Shown: piece after piece, positions 12,101-23,200 of the stretch
Numbering within the stretch: position 1 is the stretch's first letter
Layout of the letters: each line of letters begins with the position of its first letter
NCBI GenBank assembly: GCA_950097015.1
Contig: CATNEN010000001.1
Location: forward strand, 18,972,001 to 19,036,000
Length of the DNA: 64,000 bases
Reading direction: 5' to 3'
DNA from: Macrostomum hystrix
Taxonomy: Eukaryota > Animalia > Platyhelminthes
Made by a program: the position numbers and the translations under genes
The notes under the pieces: generated by a model
Seen by the model: only the letters and a program-made list of their open reading frames with translations
What the model was told of the DNA's origin: nothing
The model's database searches: none

Positions 12101-15100
12101 CGAATTAAGCTTGGGCTGCTGCTGCTGATGATGATTTGGAAAAATCACGTGCTTTATAAAGTTTGCTGCCTAAATAATTGTGTACGAATTCTTGAAAAAT
12201 CAAAATTTAAATTAGTCTGCAGCGGTCCCTGCTGTGAGCTCTTTGATTACACGCGATTATGCTCTCGCTTTCAATACTCGGTTGAGTAGGCTTTGAGTAG
12301 GATCAAGTTTTTTACGTGTTTTACGCCTGAGAAAATTGAGACATCTTCAAATTTCACGATGAAAATCCCTGAAAATATTTTAACCCTTCTTCAGTCAGCG
12401 ACTGTTATTCACCTGTTTGACGTACATTTACTCGTAAGACAGTGATATTCACCTATTAGATAGTGATATTCACCTGTTAGACAGTGATATTCATCTGTTA
12501 GACAGTGATATTCACCTGTTAGACATTGATATTCATCTGTTAGACATTGATATTCATCTGTTAGACACGGATATTCATCTGTTAGACAGTGATATTCACC
12601 TGTTAGACATTGATACTCATCTGTTAGACATTGATAGTCATCTGTTAGACACGGATATTCACCTGTTAGACAGTGATATTCAACTGTTAGACAGTGAGAT
12701 TCACCTGTTAGACAGTGAGATTCATCTGTTAGACAGTGAGATTCATCTGTTAGACAGTGAGATTCACCTGTTAGACAGTGATATTCACCTGTTAGACAGT
12801 GATATTCACCTGTTAGACAGTGATATTCAACTGTTAGACAGTGATATTCACCTGTTAGACTCGGAGAATTACCTGTAAAATGTAACATGTCAGCAGCAGA
12901 CTCACCTCCTGCCGTTCCACATCAATTCGTATGAGATTCCATTCGCCGCTTTGTACATAATTTTGAAAGTCGACCTCATCTCGTCTGAAGTGTTAAAAGA
13001 ACTGAAAAATTTATGAGGCTGCAACGATTCATTAAAGTCCTGCATCCAGTGAACGCACTTCTTGGTGATGTTCACTTGAAAACCATCGTAGGTCCACGAG
13101 CCGAATTTCATTGTGCAGACTTGGTCGTCAAACGGAAAATAGGTGATGTCAATCTTGCAGGTTGACCGAAGCTTGGCCGGCGGAGGCCAGAACACAGTTC
13201 CATTGCAGTCCACCATCGCCTTGCTCTGCATGTACCCAGTGGTGAAGTCATCAGCGCTGCGGTGTTGGATCGGCTGTTACTGGTTGGGACTAACTGGTGA
13301 ATCTCAGGCTACATCCGCCCTCCATCCGTCTCCTCTAGATCCTCTTCCATCCGCCCTCCAGATTCTCCTCCATCCGCCCTCAATCCGTCCTCTCTAGATT
13401 CTCTTCCATCCGCCCTCCATCCGCCCTCCCTAAATCCTCCTCCATCCACCCCCAGATCCTCCTCCATCCGCCGTCCAGATCCTCTTCCATCCGCCCTCCA
13501 TCCGCCCTCCCTAAATCCTCCTCCATCCACCCCCAGATCCTCCTCCATCCGCGGTCCAGATCCTCCTCCATCCGCCCTCCAAATCCTCCTCCATCCGCCC
13601 TCCAAATCCTCCTCCATCCGCCCTCCAGATCCTCCACCATCCGCCCTTCAGATCCTCCTCCATCCGCCCTTCAGATCCTCCTCCATCCGCCCTCCAGATC
13701 TTCCTCCATCCGCCCTCCAGATCCTCTTCCATCCGCCCTCCAGATCTTCCTCCATCCGCCCTCCAGATCCTCCTCCATCCGCCCTCCAGATCCTCTTCCA
13801 TCCGCCCTCCAGATCCTCCTCCATCCGCCCTTCAGATCCTCCTCCATCCGCCCTCCAGATCTTCCTCCATCCGCCCTCCAGATCCTCCTCCATCCGCCCT
13901 CCAGATCTTCCTCCATCCGCCCTCCAGATCCTCCTCCATCCGCCCTCCAGGTCCTCCTCCATCCGCCCTCCATCCGCCTTACAGATCCGCCCTGCAAATC
14001 CTTCTTTATCTGCCATTAAGAAATGCAAAGCAAGAAAAGTTAGCCACCTGTTGTACAGCACAATGTCTGGCAGCCAGATCTTCTGGCACGGAATGCGCAG
14101 CACCTGCAGCCCGTTGTAGTCCTTGGGATCCCAGTGCAGACGCTCGTCATGCCACTCCTTCGGGTGGGGAGAATTCGCAATCATAGTTATTAGAATTTTT
14201 TCTTTGGATGGGAGATTTCCGCTGTGAGCTGGCATTTTCAGTCCTAGATTTGGGGTCTTAAATGTGGCATGTGGATTGTTTGTATGCGCTTATATTTTTG
14301 GGATTAGGGATTTTATTCTTCCTTCTATCGCTGAGATGTCACCTCAAAGGTTTGACACGTTCCCTACACACTATGGGAGCACCTCAATTGAGAAGGAAAA
14401 CTTGCTCAAACTGTTTAACTCCCGGTCTCAAGTAGACAAAGTTCGAATTCGCAACTCTATTAAAAAATCCTCATTCTCGACACTCAAGCACTCCTTGCAC
14501 AAAGAGGCCGAGAGGGGAGCGGAAGCCTGAATTGTGTCACCAAGCTTTTCTTTTCGTCCAACGGTAATTGGGACAGTCACGCCTCTCTTCTTCTCTTTCT
14601 CGATCTTAGTGTGAAGTTTCAAGAACTCGCGTACTTTTAGAGTCAAATCCGGTCAGCAACTGAATTCTGGAAGATAAATTTTGTCGATTCTTTCCTATCC
14701 GACATAATTGAGCATTAGGGGATGCAGAATTTCTCGTTAATTTCCCGTGGCTTCTTCTGAAAATTGGAGTCTGATGGCCTCCCTTTCTCATTGAAGCTCA
14801 AGTTCATTGGAAGGTGCTAATACCTGCAGTAACTTCGGTAATGGCCCTAATGATAACAGTAATAATAATTGCAGGATGGCTGCCGGCAAAGGCACATCAA
14901 TTGGTGACACTAGACCAGCCAGCAGCCAGCGAGGAGGCAATTCTGCCCATTTCGCTGACTCCTGAGCACACACGCACACAGATACTGTACGCAGGCACAC
15001 GCTCACACAGGTGTGTACATCTGCCCTGACTTTCTCATCATCAGGCAGTGTACACTTTCACATTTTCTCCGCGGCTGCGCCCCAGATGAATGTGGTCTCG

Positions 15101-17518
15101 CCGCGAAATCGAGCTCAGGGACCTTGGTGTGAGAGGCAAATGCGTTAACCGCTTTGCCACTCACCTCCTAATGATACTTGATCAGCGACATACCACAAGT
15201 TTGGAAAGAGGTCTATAGTCTATGGTAAACAGATCCTAAACATGTAGTGGCAATGTGACAGCTTTCTAGAGGAAGCATCATCGAATTCAGGGACACTGCA
15301 GTTCAAGGAAAAACTGAAATCAACCCAATTAATTTCTCACCTGTTCTAGCCAAACATTGGTCGTTAGAACTTGATTCACTTCGTCCTACAATGAAACGAG
15401 ATATAGTAGTTTTTTTACAATTTTGACAATAACTAAATAATTGTGCGTTCGAATTCTACTGAGTTCAACTGAGCTTCATCATAGTCTATGGGCCAGACCA
15501 TGTCCGTGATGAGAATGAGAGCAAAGCCGAACAGCACTGTGACCTGCTCGGAGGCATTGATCACCGGTCGCACTGACGAGTCGTAGCGTTTCATCAGCCT
15601 CTCCATGAGCCTCTGCTCGTCTGGCTTTAATCGATGATTTTCAATCGGATGGAGGCTGCTCAGCGGTCCGCCTGTGACAGTTTCAAAGAGTTTTCGCATC
15701 AGTTTTATTAATTGGTCTCTCTGTAACACTCACCAGCTGGGAGATCTGCACCATGGCTATCTGGAAGCGAACTTCCACCGTCTTGGAAGCATTGATGGTC
15801 GGCCTAGAGGCCGGATCGTAGGAAACCAACAATTTCTGCAACAGGCGCTGCTCGTCTGTCCAGACTATCTCGTCAGCAACTGAGCCGGTCATCATTGCGA
15901 AACACCCGGTCAACAATACGGCTGAGAGCATGGCATGTGCTCGCTAATTTTGAGACGAAAAATCTACTTCTACAGCCACTCACTATTAAGCGCTCTGCTC
16001 TGCATTTTTATCCCCAAAAAAGTCTCGCAACTGAACGTCTGATTTGCCATTGGCGTGGACGGCAGCCGAATATAATAGGCAACTTTCGATTCCTCTGAAA
16101 TGCCGCACCGTACCGCGACCTCAAAACACACTGCTGCAGCAGTCGCTCCCCCTAAGCACAGTGGGGGTGGGAGACTGAGAGACTGCTGCTGCAGATAACT
16201 TAGTTATCCCCCAGCGCATTGAATTTCTCTCGCATGGAAGCTTTCTCTATGCATCCCTGGTCAGATCATCCCGCTAGCTCATCGCTGCTAGACTTTACCT
16301 AGCTAAGCCGAGTATGGGTAAGTCTAATTAGTCAACAACGTAAGACTTCTGCTCATCAAAGTCAAGCTAATATATTGCGTGCTCAATGCTCAACAGCTTC
16401 AATCAACCAATAAGAAGATACTAATTCTTAGATGTCGAAATTCTATTTCAAATTATAGATTAAAATCACATCCAGACGGTCGCTAGATAAGTCAATGGGC
16501 CATGTACATCCCCATGTCCATGGACATATTGATGTCCTCATTCAGAAGTCCCAAGTACCAAACACTGGGCTTACAAGCTGCTCCCATGTAGCTCCTTCAG
16601 TAGCAAAGTTACTTCAACAGCAGACTACTCTAAGTAGAGATTTTTGTATCAAACCGCATGTGATTTAAAATGATTGCGATGCGCTTTGATCCCCAGGGTT
16701 TTTCCAAAAACACCAGTATTTTTAGATTTTCAGTTTTCTTGCAGAAACTAAAATCGTGGCCCTATAAACTCAAAAATTTCTCGCCGCAGCCGTCCGACTA
16801 AAGTGGCACTCGATCAGTCAAGCAGTTGAATTTCTCTTTTCAAAATATCGGCTTTCCATTTCGTTAAAGAAAGTTTTCGTTAGTCTGTCACGAAACGTGC
16901 CAGCAGTTTCTTAACTTCTCTCCCGCGAGATCTTGACGTCCAAGGGTGGGAGAAGAAAACGAAAAGACGTTAAGGCAAAAATGGGTCCGTTGCAAGGACA
17001 CAGTTGCAAGAGGAGGAAATAAGGAAGGATAGTAGGAGAGAAAGGATAGAAGAGGAGGAGGAGACAAGATGAGGAGGGGAGAAGAGGAGGAGGGGAGAAG
17101 AGGAGGAGGGGAGAAGAGGAGGAGGGGAGAAGAGGAGGAGGGTAGAGGAGGAGGGGGAGAAGAGAGGAGGAGGGGAGAAGAGGAGGAGGGTAGAGGAGGA
17201 GGGGAGAAGAGGAGGAGGGTAGAGGAGGAGGGGAGAAGAGGAGGAGGGTAGAGGAGGAGGAGTGGAGAAGAGGAGGAGGGGAGAAGAGGAGGAGGGGAGA
17301 AGAGGAGGAGGTAGAGGAGGAGGAGGGGAGAAGAGGAGGAGGAGAGAATGTATATTATCACGAGTAGCTAATCATCCAGACTCTATATTCGAGTCCTTAA
17401 TGTTCAAGAAGTTTCAGTTCTTAGATAACAGTTTTTAAGAATTTCGCTGCTCACCTGTTGCTTCAGCGCACGCAGCAGCAGCCGGGCAGCACAGAGCCAG
17501 TAGAACTAGCAAAACCAT
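9151..17518 (-). CDS. Nicotinic acetylcholine receptor (Cys-loop) subunit, alpha9/alpha10-like, non-alpha (no vicinal Cys), cation-type; isoform 1, about 555 aa
   Basis: Exons 17518-17455 (signal peptide [21 protein letters not shown]), 15671-15499, 15385-15341, 14157-14048, 13256-13059, 12984-12906, 10699-10441, 9890-9151 (1668 nt, in frame). Motifs: [10 protein letters not shown], Cys-loop [47 protein letters not shown]4 [17 protein letters not shown]. Confidence 0.95.
9990..10378 (+). repeat. 20-bp minisatellite (aacgactcaaacgattatgt-like) in nAChR last intron
   Basis: Tandem repeats. Confidence 0.9.
10765..11968 (+). repeat. Highly homogeneous 23-bp minisatellite (gagattrgatctgatagtacagt)n in nAChR intron
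   Basis: About 50 near-perfect units, mainly one A/G variant position. Confidence 0.97.
12408..12862 (+). repeat. 21-bp minisatellite (gatattcacctgttagacagt)n; related degenerate copies near 2070-2200
   Basis: Tandem repeats. Confidence 0.92.
13310..14000 (+). repeat. 23-bp cagatcctcctccatccgccctc minisatellite in nAChR intron
   Basis: Same unit as 7875-8995. Confidence 0.95.
14850..15168 (-). mobile_element. tRNA-derived SINE (family A)
   Basis: Minus strand head gtggcaaagcggttaacgc..ctgagctcgatttc (A/B-box-like); body and (att)-rich tail align with copies at 23476-23792 and 54255-54495. Confidence 0.8.
15734..15931 (-). CDS. Alternative first coding exon of the nAChR gene (own ATG, signal peptide, N-terminal helix and beta1); isoform 2, about 542 aa
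   Basis: [66 protein letters not shown]|gtgagt; phase-0 donor matches the phase-0 acceptor of exon 15385; paralogous to exon 15671-15499. Confidence 0.85.
17040..17345 (+). repeat. Purine-rich (GGA/GAA) low-complexity tract in nAChR intron 1
   Basis: Almost exclusively G/A. Confidence 0.9.
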
Positions 17519-17904
17519 GTCCTGTCGATCAGCCAGTCCGCAGTTGAAAGATTTCGGCTCCTTTTAAAACTGAAATTTTCCCATTTTACGTCAGCGTTTT
17601 ATTTCGCGATGCCTCAGATGCTAGGGAGAGGAAAATTAGCTTTAAAATCTTGGAGAAGCCTATCATTGGCTGTTTCTTTGCCTTTCAAGCACTTCGACTT
17701 TTCAAAGTTTGCAAATCCTCATCAGGAAGTTTTGACTTCTCCACTCAGACAAAACTGTAAGTAGGAAATTTTGGGAAATCTTCACGATGCTTGACTATTT
17801 CTTGATACATCCGATCTGGGATAGTTTGAGCTGCTGAATGCGCAGAAATATCTATTTGAGCAGTTCACAATGTCCAGAAACTAAACCTTTTGCATTCGTG
17901 TATC

Positions 17905-19382
17905 GTCATTTGCTGCGAATCTAGCTACAATTCATGTGGCGATTCTAGCTACGTTTCCTGCCGTCAGTCTAGCTGCGATTCCTGCTGCGATTCTAGCTGC
18001 GATTCCTGCTGCGATTCTAGCTACAATTTATATGGCGATTCTAGCCATGTTTCCTGCCGTCAGTCTAGCTGCGATTCCTGCTGCGAATCTAGCTACGATT
18101 CCTGCTGCGATTCTAGCTAAATATTATATCGAGATTCTAGCTACGTTTCCTGCCGTCAGTCTAGCTGCGATTCCTGCTGCGATTCTAGCTACAATTTATA
18201 TGGCGATTCTAGCCATGTTTCCTGCCGTCAGTCTAGCTACGATTCCTGCTGCGAATCTAGCTACGATTCCTGCTGCGATTCTAGCTAAATATTATATCGA
18301 GATTCTAGCTACGTTTCCTGCCGTCAGTCTAGCTGCGATTCCTGCTGCGATTCTTTCAACGATTCCTGCGGCGATTCTAGCTACAATTCATGTGGCGATT
18401 CTAGCTACGTTTCCTGCCGTCAGTCTAGCTGCGATTCCTGCTGCGAATCTAGCTACGATTCCTGCTGCGATTCTAGCTGCGATGCCTGCTGCGATTCTTT
18501 CAACGATTCCTGCTGCGATTCTTTCAACGATTCCTGCGGCGATTCTAGCTACAATTCATGTGGCTATTCTAGCTACGTTTCCTGCCGTCAGTCTAGCTGC
18601 GATTCCTGCTGCGAATCTAGCTACGATTCCTGCTGCGATTCTAGCTAAATATTATATCGAGATTCTAGCTACGTTTCCTGCCGTCAGTCTAGCTGCGATT
18701 CCTGCTGCGATTCTTTCAACGATTCCTGCGGCGATTCTAGCTACAATTTATATGGCGATTCTAGCCATGTTTCCTGCCGTCAGTCTAGCTGCGATTCCTG
18801 CTGCGAATCTAGCTACGATTCCTGCTGCGATTCTAGCTAAATATTATATCGCGATTCTAGCTACGTTTCCTGCCGTCAGTCTAGCTGCGATTCCTGCTGC
18901 GAATCTAGCTACGATTCCTGCTGCGATTCTAGCTACAATTTATATGGCGATTCTAGCCATGTTTCCTGCCGTCAGTCTAGCTACGATTCCTGCTGCGAAT
19001 CTAGCTACGATTCCTGCTGCGATTCTAGCTAAATATTATATCGAGATTCTAGCTACGTTTCCTGCCGTCAGTCTAGCTGCGATTCCTGCTGCGATTCTTT
19101 CAACGATTCCTGCGGCGATTCTAGCTACAATTCATGTGGCGATTCTAGCTACAATTCATGTGGCGATTCTAGCTACTTTTCTTGTCGTCAGTCTAGCTGC
19201 GATTCCTGCTGCGATTCTAGCTGCGATTCCTGCTGCGATTCTAGCTGCTATTCCTGCTGCTATTCTTTCAAAGATTCCTGCGGCGATTCTAGCTACTTTT
19301 CCTGCTACGATTCTAGCTGCGATTCTAGCTGCGATTCCAGCTATGATTCCAGCTACGATTCCTGCTTCGATTCTAGCTACTA
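17905..19382 (+). repeat. 12/24-bp minisatellite (gattcctgctgc gattctagctac) with higher-order units, between the divergent nAChR and CLCA genes
   Basis: Tandem 12-mer variants in recurring blocks. Confidence 0.92.
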
Positions 19383-20213
19383 CTCTATTCTTCGGTTCTA
19401 CCATTTAGGGCGAATAAGAAAAATTATACTCGCAATAAGGTACAATGGTGCATGATAACCATACACAAACAAGTGGAATCTAAATCTTGGTATTCTTGAA
19501 ATCCGTGATTTTGTTTTCCAGGTTTTATTTAGTATAATAAAACTTCTGGCGCTTTGCAGACGAACCTTCGATTCCACGCCATCCGACAGTCGATGTCTGT
19601 TTGGCTTTTACCTTTTTACCTTGGCAAACTAATTGCATTGTGAATTGTAGACTCCATTCTTCTTCTTGATGCCAGTTTTCCCGAGTGTACAGGCATGGTC
19701 CTGCCACAGTGCTTTCGCCAGCAGCATTGTAATAATTTAGGTTTGCACCTAGCCAGGCTTGCCAAGTCTGCTAAGAGCCTTAAAGAATGCTTTATGGCTG
19801 TTCTGCTTTGTCAAAGCTTTGGCGAGAGCTGAAAAGGTGGCGCCTTAGATTGAATTGAATTAAGTTTTCATGGCAGTTTGAAATTGCTCTACCGTGAGCC
19901 TATTTTTCGTATTTCATTATCCTGGCTCGTTAGTTGACACACAATGGGACTTGTTTTCAAATAGGTTACGAGGCATCCTGGCGATATGGCGATACGAGTC
20001 CGAGTTATTTTTAAATGAGTAAAAATTAGCAGTTCAATGAGCTTGGAAAATTGACAGAATGTATTTTTTTCTGCATTTAATTAGATTAATTACCAGACGT
20101 CATTGGCCAGACGGCCAGACAGTGTTGCTAGGGCTCAGAGTGTTGCCTATTTATACGGATCAAGCGGCAAGGCCTTCTCACTCAATAGCAGCCTAGGCTG
20201 AGCGAGCTCAACC

Positions 20214-23200
20214 ATGCAGTTGAAAATTGTGCCCCTCAGCTTGTCATTTGTGGCTCTTCTGTGCCACCTACCCGGATCTGGCCAAGGTGCCACACAGATT
20301 CGCTTGAATCCGGAGTTTAGATTTGAGAATGTGCTCATCTCGGCGCAGGATGAGGCCTTTTTCACGGTTGAGAACGTCAACAAACTCCGGGTGAGTGGAT
20401 TTACTGTGCAGTTGACTGTCTGAACTGACGCAGGATGTGGGAGAGTGAACTCGAATCCGCGTCTCTGCCTCATTATCTCTGTGTCTCAGGAGTCTCAGTG
20501 CTCAGGAGTGTGCTCAGGAGTCGGCGGAATGGACAGAATCGCCTCTTGCTGGCTGCGGGTCCACTGTCACTAAATAATGTGCCAGCGACCACAGCCCTGT
20601 TGCAATTCTTTTTTTATGAAGCAATTTTCTGTTTTTTTAATATAAAATAACAGAATGACTAAGGCTGGTCACGACCCCTCGCGCACGCAGGGTCTCCTCG
20701 CCGTGCTTTCGGACGCGATGGCGCGGGCGACCGAACCTGTGGGTCGTCGAATTTCGCTCTCGGTCGTTCGCCTCCTGGTGCCTTCCAGCAAAGTGGCCGG
20801 ACTCAGGGCCGCCAATTTTCCATTCGCGTCGGTTACCTGGGAGTCGGAAAGCAACGCCGACATTCGCTTGATGAGCTTGAAATCGAATATCACGACCGCC
20901 AAAGCGATTCCGGCTGACGAGTGCTACGGTCCCAATAAGTACATTCAAATGCCAGACTTTTTGGTGAGAAGCAACGGTAAGGCCTGTCTAAAATCAGACA
21001 AGCGTATTAAACTTAATAAGCTGTTGGTCGCAATGTGAAATTCTGCAAGTAAATATTTGCTATCTCCAGGCAGCGCCAACCAGATCCTCAGAGAATTCGC
21101 CATCTTTCGCTGGGGCGTTCTCAGCGAGCGAGCTGCCGACACCTTCTACCAGGACGTGGCGTCAATCAGGCCCGCCGTCTGCAGCATCAACATTCCAGGA
21201 AAGTTCAAGCTGCGGTCACAGCCTTATAGCCCAGGATCTGCAGACATAAGAATATGCGATGAAGAGATCACCAGACAAGAGGTCAGCAGAAGCAAAGAAA
21301 AGATGCAAGAATTATGCGAGTTCGTGAAAGAAATACCGCCTAATAGCGCTCTGGCCAGTATTCTGTACGAGTCTGTGTCCTTTTTCTGCGACGATTCTAC
21401 GGGAAATTCGCCAACAAGGCACAACAACAAGGCGCAGAATCCACAGAATGTCCGCTGCAGCTCCCAGTCAGCAGCTGCCGTGCTCAGACAGCATCCTGAC
21501 TTCCTGACCACCTTGGTAGGAGAGTCCGTCCAGGCGACCGTGCCAACTCTGGTACTCGTGGGGCAGAACGCCAACCGTGACATTGTCTTGCTCCTGGACG
21601 TATCGGGCAGCATGGTCGGGGTGAGTCTTGACAGTAAACTGCATTGTTATGGGGGCTTTTCAAATTGAGAATGATTCTGTTCTGTCTATCTTTATTGCAC
21701 AAAAGATCCATCGTATTGCTTCCATGATTGACAAGTATTTATAATTTGGTCAAGCCGCTTCTTGAATATGTTCCCCGCAGAACCGCATACAAAACCTGAT
21801 TAGAGCGGCAACCATCTTCGTGAAGTACTTCGCCGAGTCCGGGGCCCGGTTGTCCATCGCAAAGTTCAACGAGACGGTGACGGTTCTGCAGCCCCTGGAG
21901 AAGCTGACCGATGATCAGACTAGAGAACGGCTGGCCAAAAGTATTCAAAGCCTGGTTGCGTCGGGCATGACCAACATCGCGGACGGCATAACAGTCGCCA
22001 TGCAAGTAAGCCGTCTCACTGATCAAATTCATTTAATATTTAATAAAGTATAAGTTATTTTCAATTAACAGAAGAAAGACCATACTATTTTCCCGAGGGG
22101 AAAGACCACAAGGGATATTACGTAATGCCCACTTAACGATAGCTCCCAAACCGAATGACCGATTTTCGAGAAAGTCCACCATTTGGATCTAATTTTTCCA
22201 CAACAACAACAACAACAACATAGTACGCTGTCAGAGTCTAGTACAGCGTCACAGGGCGCGCTTGAGGGCCTGGGCGCGAACGAAGGTCACGCAACCGGCA
22301 GAGTCCAGAGCGCCGGAATCATCCAGCAGGCAGTCGACGTAGCGCCGGGTGCGCGCCTGTCCTCGCCGGTAGGGTGCTTGTACCGTGAGCAGCAGGACCT
22401 CCTGCACCGGCTCTGGGCAGTTCGACTCGGCGCGGATGACATGGCCTGCGAGCTGGAGTCGCCGATGGCGCAGAAGTTCACTTGGCCGGGCCAGGCCGGC
22501 GCGGCGGTAGAGTGCCGCATTGGAGACTCGCTGGTCGCCGATCTTGAAGGCAGCGCGCAGCAGGCCAGCGTGCGCCGCGTCGACCTGTTGTTCAAGCGAG
22601 TCCGTCAGCGTCCAGGTCTCGGCATTTTACAAGAGGACGGTCTCGATCACCGCCCGGAACAACGCCGCCCTTTGACGGTCAGGTAGGGCCTCGGACTGCA
22701 GAACGGTCCTCACGGAACGGAAGGCCGCCCATGCAAGCCCGCGGCGACGCCACAAATCGTCACAAGCGTCGGGTTACCAGACCACCGAGGTAGACGAACT
22801 GCTGGCATCTTGGGAGCTCAGTTGCCTGCCCGTCAGCGCCTCGGCAGTAAATTGCAGCCTCGAATTGCAACCCGACGAGAATCGTTGAATATCTTGACGA
22901 TGCCGATTTTTTTTATTCTGGAAGTTGTCATCAAATAGAGCGGAAAGTTTTTGCCCGCGTTCTGGATTTTCATGGCGATCGGTTGAATGTTTTGGGAGAT
23001 ACAGAAATATTCGAAATACTCCCGTGGTATTTCTACAATTGTTAACTCCCCAAGATCTTGTTGGGAAAGGAACTCTAATTAAACTCTATGGCAAAAACCA
23101 TTGGTATTTTCAGATTCTGGGAGCCACAGCTCCGTACAGCAAGTCCCAAACTGGCTTTGTTATTTTGCTAACAGACGGACAGCACAACACAGAGAAGGAT

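Noticed and set aside
15433-15931. Second, separate nAChR gene or pseudogene
   Set aside because: Only the N-terminal exon is duplicated and only one set of downstream exons exists; phases fit alternative use.
17936-19408. 490-aa hydrophobic repeat ORF (AAIPAAIL..) and Cys-rich DSSCDSCC frame
   Set aside because: 12-bp-multiple tandem repeat keeps a frame open by construction; non-ATG start, no splice or domain evidence, and the Cys-rich frame has stops.
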